64,000 bases of DNA. Source: Dendrobates tinctorius (Eukaryota). How positions within the stretch are numbered: the stretch's first letter is position 1; each line of letters starts with the position of its first letter. A program made the position numbers and the translations under genes. The stretch is from positions 53,692,001 to 53,756,000 of the forward strand of contig NW_027361697.1 in assembly GCF_039654945.1 (NCBI RefSeq). The letters run 5' to 3'. This document shows positions 48,814 to 62,187 of this stretch, one piece after another. Under the pieces are notes generated by a model that did not search any database, was not told the DNA's origin, and saw only the letters and a program-made list of their open reading frames with translations.

Positions 48814-51800
48814 ATGGTTATTACAATATGCTCTCTTAATGTTAGAGGCCTAAACAGCCCTCATAAAAGATCTTATATGTGGAAAGAGGTGGTCGCAACT
48901 AAATGTGAGGTGTTTTGTGCCCAGGAGATGCACTTATTGGAGAAAGACTCCCACAGACTGTCTCATCGGCACTTTCCATATGTGGTCCAATCTAATTTCT
49001 CGAAAAAAAAGAGAGGGGTGATGTTAGCTATCAAGGGGTCTGTTGCTTTCTCCTCGACTTATCTAGAACTTGACCCTGCAGGTCGATACCTCATACAAGT
49101 GGGCACCATAAATAATGTTTTATATACTACAGCCATCATTTATGCTCCAAACCAAGCGCAGACTACATTTATCAAAAAATTATTAACTAGAATCAATAAG
49201 GTTAAACAGGGCCACGTAATCATATGTGGGGATTTTAATTGAGTTTTTGATAATTCTCTGGACTCTTCCACCCCAACCTCCAGGGGGCCGCCTGTTCTCC
49301 CCCCTTAGCCTTTCGGGAGGACCTATATGACATATGGAGGGTTCTTCATGCATGTGAGAAGGACTATACCTACTTTTCACAGGTACATCACTCCTACTCC
49401 CGGATAGACCTATTCTTGGTTAGCAGGTCTCTCCTTAATATTGTCAACTCATCAGAAATAGGTTTAATAACTTGGTTGGATCACACCCCCATAAAAATGT
49501 CTATTCGGGAAGAATCTGAGTGCCCCCTTTACTCCCCGTGGAAGATGAACCCCTTTATTCTAAAAAAAAACCCATTTAGTGGCACAAACAAAAGTAGCTC
49601 TTAAAGAATACTTTGAGCTCAATGCGGACTTGGTCACTAATTACTTCCATGTATGGAATGCCCATAAAGCAATTATCAGGGGCCACTTTACTAAAATAGG
49701 CCATATTCTTAAAAAGCAAAGAGAAAAACGCTTATCAGACCTTACAGCATTGATCAGTTCACTGGAATACATGAATAAAAGAGCTCCATCCTCTGCCCAA
49801 ATGTGTAAACTACGTGATCTCCGACTGGAACTGCGGGAATTACTCTTACACAATTATGAAAAAAATCTTATGATCACCAAAGCCCATTAGTACTCCCAAA
49901 ATAATAAAGTGGGTAAACTGCTAGCATCCAGAGTGAAAATTAAAACTTCTAAAACTAAGATCCCCTTTTTGAGAAACGTATCTCCCGATTCTAAGATATA
50001 CACTCCTCGGGAAATCGCCAATAGATTTAAGGATTACTATGCTTCTTTGTATAACTTAGATCCAAGAGCAGACCTACATGGCCCAACAATCCCTGATACA
50101 AATCTGTTTTTGTCAAGCATTAATCTCCCAACTCTTGCACCAGACCAGTTAGAAATCTTAAATGCACCTTTGACGGAGACTGAATTGACCAAAGTGATTA
50201 ACTCTCTCCCAGAGGCGAAGGCCCCTGGCCCGGACAGTCTTACAAACTTGTACTATAAAGCTTGCCAGGAGACCTTAGTCCCACACTTATGCAAAACCCT
50301 ACAATTAGCAGCAAATGAAGGGAGCTTCCCAAAAGAAATGCTGACAGCTACTGTGATCACACTCCCAAAACAGGGAAAGCCACCAGAGGTGCCGCAAAAC
50401 TTCCGCCCGATTTCATTGTTAAACACTGATGTCAAAATTTATGCTAAGTGTATTGCTCTGAGATTGGCGCCTATCATTCCTTCCCTTATTAACCCAGACC
50501 AGGCTGGTTTTGTGCAAGGGCAGACTACAGCTGACAATACCAGGAAAGTAATTGATTTGATAGATGTAATAAATAGAAAGGGAACACCAGCGGTGGTAGT
50601 GGCCTTAGACGCCGAGAAGGCATTCGACCGAGTGAGATGGTCGTTTGTCTTCTCGGTTCTGGAGCATATGGGGGTCGGATGCTGACTGCTATTAAAGCTC
50701 TGTATTCTGCTCCGTCGGCCAGGGTTTTTGTAAATGATACCATGTCAGAGACATTCCCCATTACAAATGGCACTAGGCAGGGGTGTCCTCTCTCCCCCCT
50801 AGTGTTCATTTTAGCTTTAGAACCACTTGCCCAAACAATCAGACAAAGTCCAGATATCTGGGGCACAGAGGTGAGGAAACAATCTCATTGCATCACGTTG
50901 TATGCTGATGATATTATATTGACATAAGCACGCCCCCTGGAGTCTTTGCCGGCAGCTCTAGAGATTATTGAAAAATTTGGCCTCCTATCTTACTACAAAA
51001 TTAATGAGAATAAATCTCAAATTCTACCCCTTAACATACCATTACCGCAGTTGAAACGCCTTAAGGCCATTATGAGGATGGACTGGCAGATGGAGCAAAT
51101 CTCATACCTGGGAACGTTGGTAACATTATCCTCCACTAATTTGTACAAAGCCAACTCCCTCCCCCTACTAGCAGATATTGAGAATGAGATGAGCAGACTC
51201 CAGAAATTTGAAGTCTCCTGGGTGGATCGTATTGCACTGTTAAAGATGTTATTACTGCCCAAAATGTTATATTTATTTCGCACGGTGCCGATATCACCTC
51301 TGAAGGTGTTTTTTCAACATTCTCATAAGCCTCTGAACGCCTTCATCTGGGGAGGAAAGAAGCCTCGGTTGTCGAGACATTTGTTGCAACGCGCAAAGTC
51401 AGTGGGGGGGTGGGATTCCCTAATGTGAACGATTACTATATAGCAACTCAACTCAGCCGGTTGAAAAACTAGTGGAATCGCGACCCCTCAAGTACTGTAG
51501 ATGGTCCCAAATAGAGGCACATTTTGCACCCTCACACGATCTCAGGGCGGTGCTATGGGCAGCTCTGGTTGACCCACGGAACCTGGGGACCCTCCTTCCA
51601 CTGACTAAGCACTCCCTGTCTAATTGGCTTCAGGTTCACTCCTCCACTTAGACACACATCCCTGCATTGCCTCTCAAGGCACCTTTAGAACTTCTGTAGG
51701 TGTTATCAGAGGACCTTGACCTGAACCATTGGAAGATAGGCGGGATCACGGTATTAAGCGATATAGTTGAAGATCGCACTCTTTTACCTTTTGCCCAGTT

Positions 51801-52587
51801 TAAAAACAGGTTTGGCTTGACCTTTAAAGACCATTTCTCATATCTTCGGGTACAATACATTTTAAAGAAATATCTAAACTTTCCATATAGGGTTAATAGT
51901 GACATTATTAGGACCCTCTCATCTTCCTCATCCCTAGATATGGGCTTGAGACCCCTTTATGATTCCTTGGGCCATAAGAGCAGATTTGTAAGATTTGTAA
52001 AATCTTTACCCTTCATATCTTGGGAAAAAGACCTCGGTAAAGCCATACCTGACAAGGACTGGTTAAGAGCAATTAAATTGGCAGGACGGGCGTTTAGATG
52101 TGCGTCCCACTTTGAATCACACTTGAAGCTGATACTCCGCTGGTATTTTACTCCTGTGAAGCTCCATTCCATGTTTCCCAACACCTCACACCTATGTTGG
52201 CGAAACTGTAATCAGGTGGGGTTATTATATCATATATTTTGGGATTGTCCACTTATAACTTCTCTGTGGGATCACGCCTTTAGACTTATTTCACTTGTAG
52301 TGGGACAGATCGTCCAGCCGTCTCCCGAGGTGGCGCTCCTCCTCTTAAACATACATGCATTCCCCCCGTGCTCTAGAGTGGTAACGGCTCATATTGTGTT
52401 AACGACAAGACTCTTATTAGCTAAACAGTGGAAAAAAGATGTTATTCCTAAGAAAGAGGCCATAGCTCAAGCAGTTAATACCACGTTTATTTTAAAAAAA
52501 ATGCTAGCCCACAAAAATAACACCTTACAGAAGTTCACCAGGGATTGGCAGGCTTGGGAAGCCACACAGTTAGCGAGTCACAGTTGA
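48814..52587 (+). pseudogene. L1 ORF2 (EN-RT-Cys) with multiple stops and frameshifts
   Basis: Consecutive broken ORFs at 48814, 49416, 49579, 49909, 50637, 50946 and 51700. Confidence 0.93.
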
Positions 52588-53379
52588 ACCAGTCAAATAA
52601 AGGTCGGGGGAGGGCCCTGGGTGGGAGAGGGTTAAGACCGGAGCTCTTTGTTTATACTGCAATGGTTGCATAATTACACATTTATGTTACTTTGACCTGT
52701 GTTGTACATTTGTGATAATGTTGTATCATAGTATTTTCAATAAAAAAGAATTTAAAAAAAAAAAAAAAAAAAAGAAAAGCAACATGAAAGAATGTCAGAC
52801 AGGGAAGGTAGAGGTAGTCACAACAAACCGCATACAACAATCTCAAAACGACTGTACCGACTCTCCAGAACACTTTCTCCAATGAGGCTAGGAGCAAAAT
52901 GAAGATTATAGTGCTTACATGGAGGGAAGCTAGACACAGGTTTATATAATGGAAGGGTGTGGTTCCAATAAGCAGCACAGCCAATAGACCACTAGAAGTT
53001 CTAAACTGTTTCCATGCCAAATGAAACCTGTTAACTCATTAATGGCCATGAAGTCTTAAAGAGGCCCTGCTCTCTTAAATGCAGAGATTTTCTAATCTCA
53101 GATGTCTCAGCAGAATGCGGAACATTCATGACACACAGGCTCTGTCAGTAAGTTATTAGCTGATTTCAGTCACTGCAGTACACAAGTACTGCAGTTTATG
53201 AGACCAATGATCAAAGTGAAAATTTTACATGTTGCAGTGGGACTAAGTGAAAAATGTAAATAACGCTACATAAAATATGTAATATAGTAAAAAATACAAA
53301 AAGCCCACACAAATCACGAAAAGCTGTTTCATCACTAAAAATACAGTCTTTGCGATAAATCAAAAATAAAAAAAAGCTA

Positions 53380-53960
53380 CCGTATTTTTCAGATTATAAG
53401 ACGCACCGGACCATAAGACGCACCTAGGTTTTAGAGGAAAATGGAAAAAAAATTTAAGTAAAAAATGTGGTCAATTCTGTACTAATATCCCCCATCCTGG
53501 TATATACAGTATACAGTATGTTCCCAATCCAGGTATACATGGTTCCTTTATTACCATCCAGGTATACATGGTAACCTCATCCACATTCTGGTATGCATGT
53601 GCCCCTCTTCCGTATCCTGGCATGCATGGCCCCCTCATCCCTAGCCTGGTATGCATTGCCCCCGACCCCATCCTGCTATGCATAGACCCCCTCATCCCCA
53701 TCCTTTTATGCTTGGCCCCCTCATCCCCATTCTGTTATGCATGGCCTCCTCATCCCTATCCTGACATTCATGGGCCCCTCATCCTTATCCTGTTATGCAT
53801 GGTCCCCATCAGAAAAACAAAGAAAAAAAATTCTAGTTACATTCCCTGCACTTCCTCGCAGCATCCTGTTCTGATGCCAGCATCTGATTTATGCTTGTAA
53901 GCAGCGCATGCCAGTAACATAAAGCGCTGCTTACAAGCCAAAGACAGCTGCCGGGACTAT
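53380..53960. mobile_element. Truncated pogo/Tigger-like non-autonomous element with a ~30-bp minisatellite
   Basis: TA|CCGTATTTTTCAGATTATAAGACGCAC terminus. CCCCCTCATCCCCATCCTG..ATGCATGG units. Confidence 0.65.
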
Positions 53961-53979
53961 GGGCATGTGGAGCAAAAGT

Positions 53980-54610
53980 AAAAAAAAACTAGGTCAAGTT
54001 AAATGTTTATTGTGTTCTTCCGCATTCCATTAATTTCTGTGAAGCAACTGAAGGGTAAATAACCTTCTTGAGTGTGGTTTTGAGCACCTTGAAGTTTGCA
54101 ATTTTTTGAATTTTGTCACTTTTTCATATTTTCTGCCATATAGGCCCCTCAAAGGGACTTCAAATGTTAAGTCGTCGCTAAAAAATGGTTTTGCAAATGT
54201 AGTTGCAAAAATCAGAAATCGCTGGTCAACTTTTAACCCTTATAACTTTCCAACAAAAAAAGTTTCAAAAATTATGCTGATGTAAAGTAGACATGTGGAA
54301 AATGTAATTTATTAACTATTTTGTGTGACATGACTCTCCGATTTGGGAACATAAAAATAAAAAATGTGAAAATTGCAAAACTGTCAAAATTTTCCCAAAA
54401 TTTCCAACTTTTTCACAAATAAATGTAAGTCATATATAAAAAAAAATATCACTATCATGAAGTACAAAATGTTATGAAAAAACAGTCTCAGAATTAGCGG
54501 GATCCATTGAAGCGTTTCAGAGTTATGACCTCATGAAGTGACAGTGGTCAAAATTGAAAAAATTGGCTTGGTCTGGAAGGTGAAAATAGGCTTCGGGGTG
54601 AAGGAGTTAA
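53980..54610. mobile_element. Fragment of a TTAA-element family
   Basis: Similar to the reverse complement of 34523-35150. Ends GAAGGAGTTAA. Confidence 0.7.
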
Positions 54611-55203
54611 ATGCAAAATCTTTATAGTTCAATAATAAACCCCACAGCTTTACTTAGACTTGAAGGAGTTGTCCAAGGATATGATATTGATGACCTACAA
54701 TATCATATGCTTCAAAATCAGATCAGGGAGGGTCTGATACCTGGTACTCCAACAATCAGCATTTCAGCTCTTGATGCAGATGAGTGTAAACACATAGAAC
54801 AGATCATCCAAATGATCAAGAACCCGTGACATGATTGCGGTTTGCCAATGGGTTACTAATGTCAACCAGGGGTCTGTTGAAAACCTCCGTGCTTGTTACA
54901 GAGCTCCTTTGAAATCCTGCCTGTGGCTGGGTTTCAAAGGAGGCCATGATTTTTACTATATACAGCAATACTGTGGCATTGCTGTATATATAGACAATTG
55001 ATCAGACGATCCGCATGTTCAAGTCCCCTAACAGGACTAACAAGTACAGTGAAAAGTAAAAAATAATGTTTTAAGAAATTTGAAAAAAAGCATAAAAGTT
55101 TAAATCACTTTCCCTTTTCCCCCAATAAAACTAAAGTTAATAAAAAATATATACACATATGTGGCATAGCCTCCTTCAAAGATATCCGATCTATCAAAAA
55201 ATA

Positions 55204-58148
55204 CAAGGGACGTTCATTAAAGATTTCCCCTGACCCACTTTCTGTGGACTGAATTCAATTACATTTGGCACAGTTATTAGTCCTTCTCTAAATAGGTGCC
55301 ACCTAGGGACACACACTTCTCCCATCTTTATAACTCCTTAGCGACCACTGATATGCATTTTAATGGCAGCAGTTAAGGGTATTTAAACCACAGCGCCACT
55401 TTTTAATGGCGCTGAGGAATAGGATATAGTGCCCCCCAGAGTCGGAATTTCTCCTGGGTCTCGGCTACTGGGGGTAGCCGAGACCCCAGAAAACACGATT
55501 CTAGTCAGTTTTTACTGACCCCGGTGTTACAATTGCCATTATTAACGGTATAACAGCAACCACAAAAAAAGTCCAATTTTCCATTTAATTTCTCTCTTCT
55601 CTGATGTGATCGCACATTAGAGGAGAGAGAAATAGGGTCTTCTGATCCCCCGCTACCTCCATTGTCTCTGCAACCCCCCATGAAGTCCCTCGGGCCACTG
55701 GCATCTTCTTACAGGCCACCAGGATCTTCTTCCGGGAGAAAATGGTGAGCACAATGTGCCTGCCATGATTTGCTAGCCGGCACCCGCAGCAATAGGAAAT
55801 TTTTCCTATTGGTTCATTTTGATCACAGTGATCAAAACAAAAAAATAGTAAATCAAACCCCCTTTATAACCCTTTTAATTAGGTGAATAATAAAATTTAA
55901 ATAATGTATTTATTTCCATTTTCCCATTATAGTTAGAGTTGGGCTAAAGTGAGTTCTGCTAAAGTTAGGGTTAGGGTTGGGTCTAGGTTTAGGGCTAGGG
56001 TTGAGATTACGTTTAAGTTAGGCCTGTGGTTAGGGTAGGAATTAGGGTTAGGGGTGTGTTGGGGTTAGGATTGTGGCAAGGGTTGGGATTAGGGTTAGGG
56101 GTGTGTTCGCGTTAGGGTTGGAGTTAGAATTGAGGGGTTTCCACTGTTCAGGTACATCAGGGGGTCTCCAAATGCGACATGGTGCCACCATTGATTCCAC
56201 CCAATTTTGCATTCAAAAAGTCAAATGGTCTCCCTCCCTTCTGAGCCCTGCCATGCACCCAAACAGTGGCTTTTCCTCACATATAGGTTATCGTTGTACT
56301 CAGGAGAAATTGTAAAACAAATTTTGTGGTCCATTTTTCTTGATACCCTTGTGAAAAATAAAAAAAATTGGTTCCAAAGTAAATTTTTTGGTGAAAAAGT
56401 AAAGTGTTCATTTTTTCCTTCCACATTGCTTTAGTTCTCATGAAGCACCTGAAGGGTTAATAAACATCTTGAATGTGGTTTTGTGCACCTTGAGAGGTGC
56501 AGTTTTTAAAATGGTGTCACTTTTGGATATTTTCTGTTATATTGACCCCCCAAACTCTTCAACTGTGAGGTGGTCACTGAAAAAAGTGGTTTTAATGAGA
56601 AATTGCTGGTCAACTTTTAACCCTTATAACATCCAAACAAAAAAAAATTGTTTCCAAAATTGTGCTGATGTAAAGTAGACATGTGGGAAATGTTATTTAT
56701 TAACTATTTTGTATGACATAACTCTCTCTGATTTAAGGGTACAGAAATTTAAAGTTTAAAAATTGCAAAATTTTCAAAATTTTTGCCAAATTTTGTTTTT
56801 TTTTTTATAAATAAATGCAAGTTATACCAAAGAAATTTTACCACTAATATGAAGTACAATATATCACAAAAACAATCTCAGAATCAGTGGGATACGTTGA
56901 AGCATTCCAGAGCTATAACTTCATAAACTGACAGTGGTCAAAATTGTAAAAATTGGCTTGATCATTAAGTAGCAAATTAGCTCTGTCACTAAAGGGTTTC
57001 GCATCTGTAAACACTTCGCATGTAGAAGTTGATAGGGTGCTTTAAAAGCCAATTTGTGACTTTGGAAATCCGAGTATTATCATCTGGAAAATACTTGCCC
57101 TTCAAAAATAACTTCATTGTTGGAAAGAAGTGGAAATCCGATGGTGCGAGGTCAGGTGAAAAATGGGGATGATATAGTATTTCAAAGGCACAGGAGCATG
57201 TGACAACATGTGAGTTTGTGAACTGGTGCATTGTCTTGCAGAAGGCGGACACCTTTGGTGAGCATGCCATGTCTCTTGGTTTTTTGGCTTCCCGCAATTT
57301 CCACAGAAGTGAAGCATGGTATGCTCCAGTGATCATGGTACCCTTTGCTAGGAAATCCATCAATACTACTCCATGTTGGTTCCAAAATACTATAAGCATG
57401 ACCTTGCCTGCCGAGGATTAGGCATGTGTCTTCTTTGGAGGTGGTGAATCATGATGTTTCCATTACATCAACTGGACTTTAGTCTCAGGATCATAGTGAT
57501 GGACCCAGCTTTAATCCTTTGTGATCAGTCTGTTGAAAAAGTCCTCCTGGTTTCAATGGCTCCTCATCAATGAAGCATTCAACTCGTTTCTGCTTCTAGA
57601 TAGGTGTGAGCAGCCAGGGAACCCAGAGATCAGATACCTTATGCATGTGAATATGGTCTTGGATGATTTTTTCCACAGACCCCACACTAATCTTGACATT
57701 TTGGGCTAGGTGCCGAATGGTTAAACAGCAATTTTTCAAAATGGCGACCACCACTTGCTGGATGCTGTGTTCATCAATAGCAGAGTTGGGGGTTACCCTG
57801 GAATTGGAGTTGTTTGCACGGATGTCTGACCACATTTGAATTGACGATGCCAGTTCTTGACTACATTGTATGATTGGTAATCATCACCATAAACCTCTTT
57901 CATCTCATCGAACCTCTCCTTTGGTGTGCGGCCTTTCAAGTAAAGGAACTTGATGACTGCTCTGTATTCCACTGGGTCCATTATCAAACCTCACACCACT
58001 TCAACACCTGTAAAATTAATACCGTTATCAGTTCTGAGTTGCAAATTGGCACGTAACCTATAGAGACTTATATCATTACACATGTGCAGTTTTAGCATCC
58101 TGTGATAAATAGAAGTGGGTCAGAGAAATCTTTAATGAATGCCACTCG
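55204..58148 (-). mobile_element. Mariner element, decayed and split by a TTAA element
   Basis: Matching TIRs ..TTCATTAAAGATTTC(C/T)CTGACCCACTT at both ends. MDPVEYRAVIKFL, WVPWLLT and SPDLAPSDFHFF motifs. The C-terminus RWEKCVSLGGTYLEKD* lies at ~55277-55330. Confidence 0.88.
55335..56996. mobile_element. Older, inverted copy of the telomere-repeat-carrying TTAA element
   Basis: Ends TAA|CTCCTTAGCGACC and GTCACTAAAGGG|TT. Homologous to 34523-37995 in reverse. TTAGGG-like tract at ~55960-56125. Confidence 0.85.
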
Positions 58149-58864
58149 AAAAAATAACTTGATCAGTAAACACCATAAAAAGAAAAATTTCAATATCAAA
58201 ATTACATTTTTTGGTTGCTGCACTACTGCAAAAAATGCTATAACAAGGAATGAAAATGTCATCTCTATACCAAAATAGTATCAATAAAAACATATCCATT
58301 ACACAGCTCCATGACCAAAAAATGAAAACGTTACAGATCTCGTAAAACGGTGACACAACCCATCAAATTTATAAAGGTCATTTTTACCACACAATGTACA
58401 TTGGTTTTTTTTTCCTGTTTTCCAGTATACTATGTGGTAAAAGAAATGGTGTCATTCAAATATCACACTCGTCCTGCAAAACACAAGCCCCATATGTCTC
58501 TGTGGACAGAAAAATAAAAAAGTTATGGGTCTGAGAACAAGGTGAGGAAAAAAATGAAACTGCAAAAATGGAAATGAGTTGTGTAGGTGAAGGAGTTAAG
58601 CAATATACATTAATAAAATGAACTAAATGTTCCAATTTTTTGGACTATAATTTGCAATATTATTTCATTTTGAGTTATAATTTTTTGTTTCACATCTATT
58701 GATTGCTACTAGAGTTGAGCGAAACGGGTCGAAAAATTTCAAAAGTCGCCGACTTTTAGCAAAGTCGGGTTTCATGAAACGAAACCCGACCCTAGGATGA
58801 GGTCGGCCACGAGGTCGGCGACTTACGCGCCAAAGTCGCGTTTCAAAAGTTTGTTTTGCGCTCT

Positions 58865-58995
58865 TTTTCAGCCAATCAGGATCCACGGACACTGTGGGCA
58901 ACGTGATGACATAGGCACGGGTCACCACCATCTTTCAGAAGGGCATGCAAGTGATTGGCTTGCTTTGGTGGGCGTCACAGGGGGTATAAAAGGGC
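58865..58995 (+). promoter_or_regulatory. Putative hAT promoter (CCAAT, inverted CCAAT, TATA)
   Basis: AGCCAATCAG at ~58870, GATTGGCT at ~58953 and GGGTATAAAAGGG at ~58982. Confidence 0.55.
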
Positions 58996-59569
58996 GTGCA
59001 CGCCGACCGCCATCTTACTTCTGCCGATCTTAGCATAGGGAGAGGTTGCTGCTGATTCTGTAGGGAGAGTGTTAGGCAGGGAAGAAGAAAAAAAAACTGC
59101 TTCTGCTGCTAGCAATTTGGCCTGCACAACACACCAGTCACTGTGTGTGCAGTACAAGGGGAGGCTATATTGTGGTGTATCAGTGGTGTTGGTTGTTGGA
59201 CTGCCTTCTAAGGCTTCCTGACAGCTGCATTGCTGTTTACCCACTGCTCTGCAAACTGCTTTTTTAAAAGCAATCCCAATTTTTTTTTTTGTCCTGCTGA
59301 GGTACTGAGCTGCAAACTACTTTTTTAAAAGCAATCCCAATTTTTTTTTTTTGTCCTGCTGAGGTACTGAGCGTGCATGTTTTCACACCATACAGCGGTG
59401 TACGCTCCTCACACAGTACCGTGTAACGGCTGTTATCACAGCCACAGTGTCACTCTGTGAGAATAAGTCAAGGACATGTTCCGTTCTTACAGACCTGCAC
59501 TCTAGGGAGATTCCTACTCTGCCCAATTCTACATACACCTTGTAGTTTGTGATACACTAGCCAATTTCT

Positions 59570-62110
59570 GCCTGTGACATATCGCTGTGATATTCAGTGG
59601 GCCTCACACAATCCAAAAGTGTCCAGTGTCCACAAGTGTCTGCAGAAATTCAAAATCTCCCTTATCCTCTAGTCACTTTGGTCACAGCTGTGCCATCGAG
59701 CCTGTGACATAGCGCTCAGATATTCAGTGGGCCTCACACAATCCAAAAGTGTCCAGTGTCTGCAGAAATTCAAAATCTCACTTATCCTCTAGTCACTTTG
59801 GTCACAGCTGTGCCATCGAGCCTGTGACATAGCGCTCAGATATTCAGTGGGCCTCACACAATCCAAAAGTGTCCAGTGTCCACAAGTGTCTGCAGAAATT
59901 CAAAATCTCACTTATCCTCTAGTCACTTTGGTCACAGCTGTGCCATCGAGCCTGTGACATAGCGCTCAGATATTCAGTGGGCCTCACACAATCCAAAAGT
60001 GTCCAGTGTCTGCAGAAATTCAAAATCTCACTTATCCTCTAGTCACTTTGGTCACAGCTGTGCCATCGAGCCTGTGACATAGCGCTCAGATATGCAGTGG
60101 GCCTCACACAATCCAAAAGTGTCCAGTGTCCACAAGTGTCTGGAGAAATTCAAAATCTCACTTATCCTCTAGTCACTTTGGTCACAGCTGTGCCATCGAG
60201 CCTGTGACATAGCGCTCAGATATTCAGTGGGCCTCACACAATCCAAAAGTGTCCAGTGTCCACTAGTGTGAGCAGAAATTCAAAATCTCACTTATCCTCT
60301 AGTCACTTTGGTCACAGCTGTGCCATCGAGCCTGTGACATAGCGCTCAGATATTCAGTGGGCCTCACACAATCCAAAAGTGTCCAGTGTCCACAAGTGTC
60401 TGCAGAAATTCAAAATCTCACTTATCCTCTAGTCACTTTGGTCACAGCTGTGCCATCGAGCCTGTGACATAGCGCTCAGATATTCAGAGGGCCTCACACA
60501 ATCCAAAAGTGTCCAGTGTCCACTAGTGTGAGCAGAAATTCAAAATCTCACTTATCCTCTAGTCACTTTGGTCACAGCTGTGCCATCGAGCCTGTGACAT
60601 AGCGCTCAGATATTCAGTGGGCCTCACACAATCCAAAAGTGTCCAGTGTCCACAAGTGTCTGCAGAAATTCAAAATCTCACTTATCCTCTAGTCACTTTG
60701 GTCACAGCTGTGCCATTGAGCCTGTGACATAGCGCTCAGATATTCAGTGGGCCTCACACAATCCAAAAGTGTCCAGTGTCCACAAGTGTCTGCAGAAATT
60801 CAAAATCTCACTTATCCTCTAGTCACTTTGGTCACAGCTGTGCCATCGAGCCTGTGACATAGCGCTCAGATATTCAGTGGGCCTCACACAATCCAAAAGT
60901 GTCCAGTGTCCACTAGTGTGAGCAGAAATTCAAAATCTCACTTATCCTCTAGTCACTTTGGTCACAGCTGTGCCATCGAGCCTGTGACATAGCGCTCAGA
61001 TATTCAGTGGGCCTCACACAATCCAAAAGTGTCCAGTGTCCACAAGTGTCTGCAGAAATTCAAAATCTCACTTATCCTCTAGTCACTTTGGTCACAGCTG
61101 TGCCATCGAGCCTGTGACATAGCGCTCAGATATTCAGTGGGCCTCACACAATCCAAAAGTGTCCAGTGTCCACAAGTGTCTGCAGAAATTCAAAATCTCA
61201 CTTATCCTCTAGTCACTTTGGTCACAGCTGTGCCATCGAGCCTGTGACATAGCGCTCAGATATTCAGTGGGCCTCACACAATCCAAAAGTGTCCAGTGTC
61301 CACAAGTGTCTGCAGAAATTCAAAATCTCACTTATCCTCTAGTCACTTTGGTCACAGCTGTGCCATCGAGCCTGTGACATAGCGCTCAGATATTCAGTGG
61401 GCCTCACACAATCCAAAAGTGTCCAGTGTCCACAAGTGTCTGCAGAAATTCAAAATCTCACTTATCCTCTAGTCACTTTGGTCACAGCTGTGCCATCGAG
61501 CCTGTGACATAGCGCTCAGATATTCAGTGGGCCTCACACAATCCAAAAGTGTCCAGTGTCCACAAGTGTCTGCAGAAATTCAAAATCTCACTTATCCTCT
61601 AGTCACTTTGGTCACAGCTGTGCCATCGAGCCTGTGACATAGCGCTCAGATATTCAGTGGGCCTCACACAATCCAAAAGTGTCCAGTGTCCACAAGTGTC
61701 TGCAGAAATTCAAAATCTCACTTATCCTCTAGTCACTTTGGTCACAGCTGTGCCATTGAGCCTGTGACATAGCGCTCAGATATTCAGTGGGCCTCACACA
61801 ATCCAAAAGTGTCCAGTGTCCACTAGTGTGAGCAGAAATTCAAAATCTCACATATCCTCTAGTCACTTTGGTCACAGCTGTGCCATCGAGCCTGTGACAT
61901 AGTGCTCAGATATTCAGTGGGCCTCACACAATCCAAAAGTGTCCAGTGTCCACAAGTGTCTGCAGAAATTCAAAATCTCACTTATCCTCTAGTCACTTTG
62001 GTCACAGCTGTGCCATCGAGCCTGTGACATAGCGCTCAGATATTCAGTGGGCCTCACACAATCCAAAAGTGTCCAGTGTCCACTAGTGTGAGCAGAAATT
62101 CAAAATCTCC
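59570..62110. repeat. 130-bp tandem array, 20 units (two 120-bp variants, last unit partial)
   Basis: The CCTGTGACAT anchor occurs at 59571, 59701, 59821, 59951, 60071 and then every 130 bp to 62021. Confidence 0.97.
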
Positions 62111-62187
62111 CCTGTCCTATAGACACCTTGTACCTTGTTTTACATTACTATATAGTTTGTTGGATTTTGTCTACATTTCTACCAAAA

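Larger units (their letters stand above)
47522..52773 (+). mobile_element. Near full-length LINE-1 with disrupted ORF2; probable 5' part at ~45680-45890
   Basis: ORF1 motifs DLEDRNHRNNLKLRGVPE and YRWGYP. ORF2 EN SLNVRGLN..GDFN, RT NFRPISLLN, GTRQGCPLSP and YADD, C-terminal CWRNC. AATAAA followed by poly(A) at 52755-52773. Confidence 0.95.

Noticed and set aside
59570-62110. 130-bp array as a CRISPR array
   Set aside because: Units are near-identical along their whole length with no unique spacers. There are no cas genes and the context is a eukaryotic transposon.
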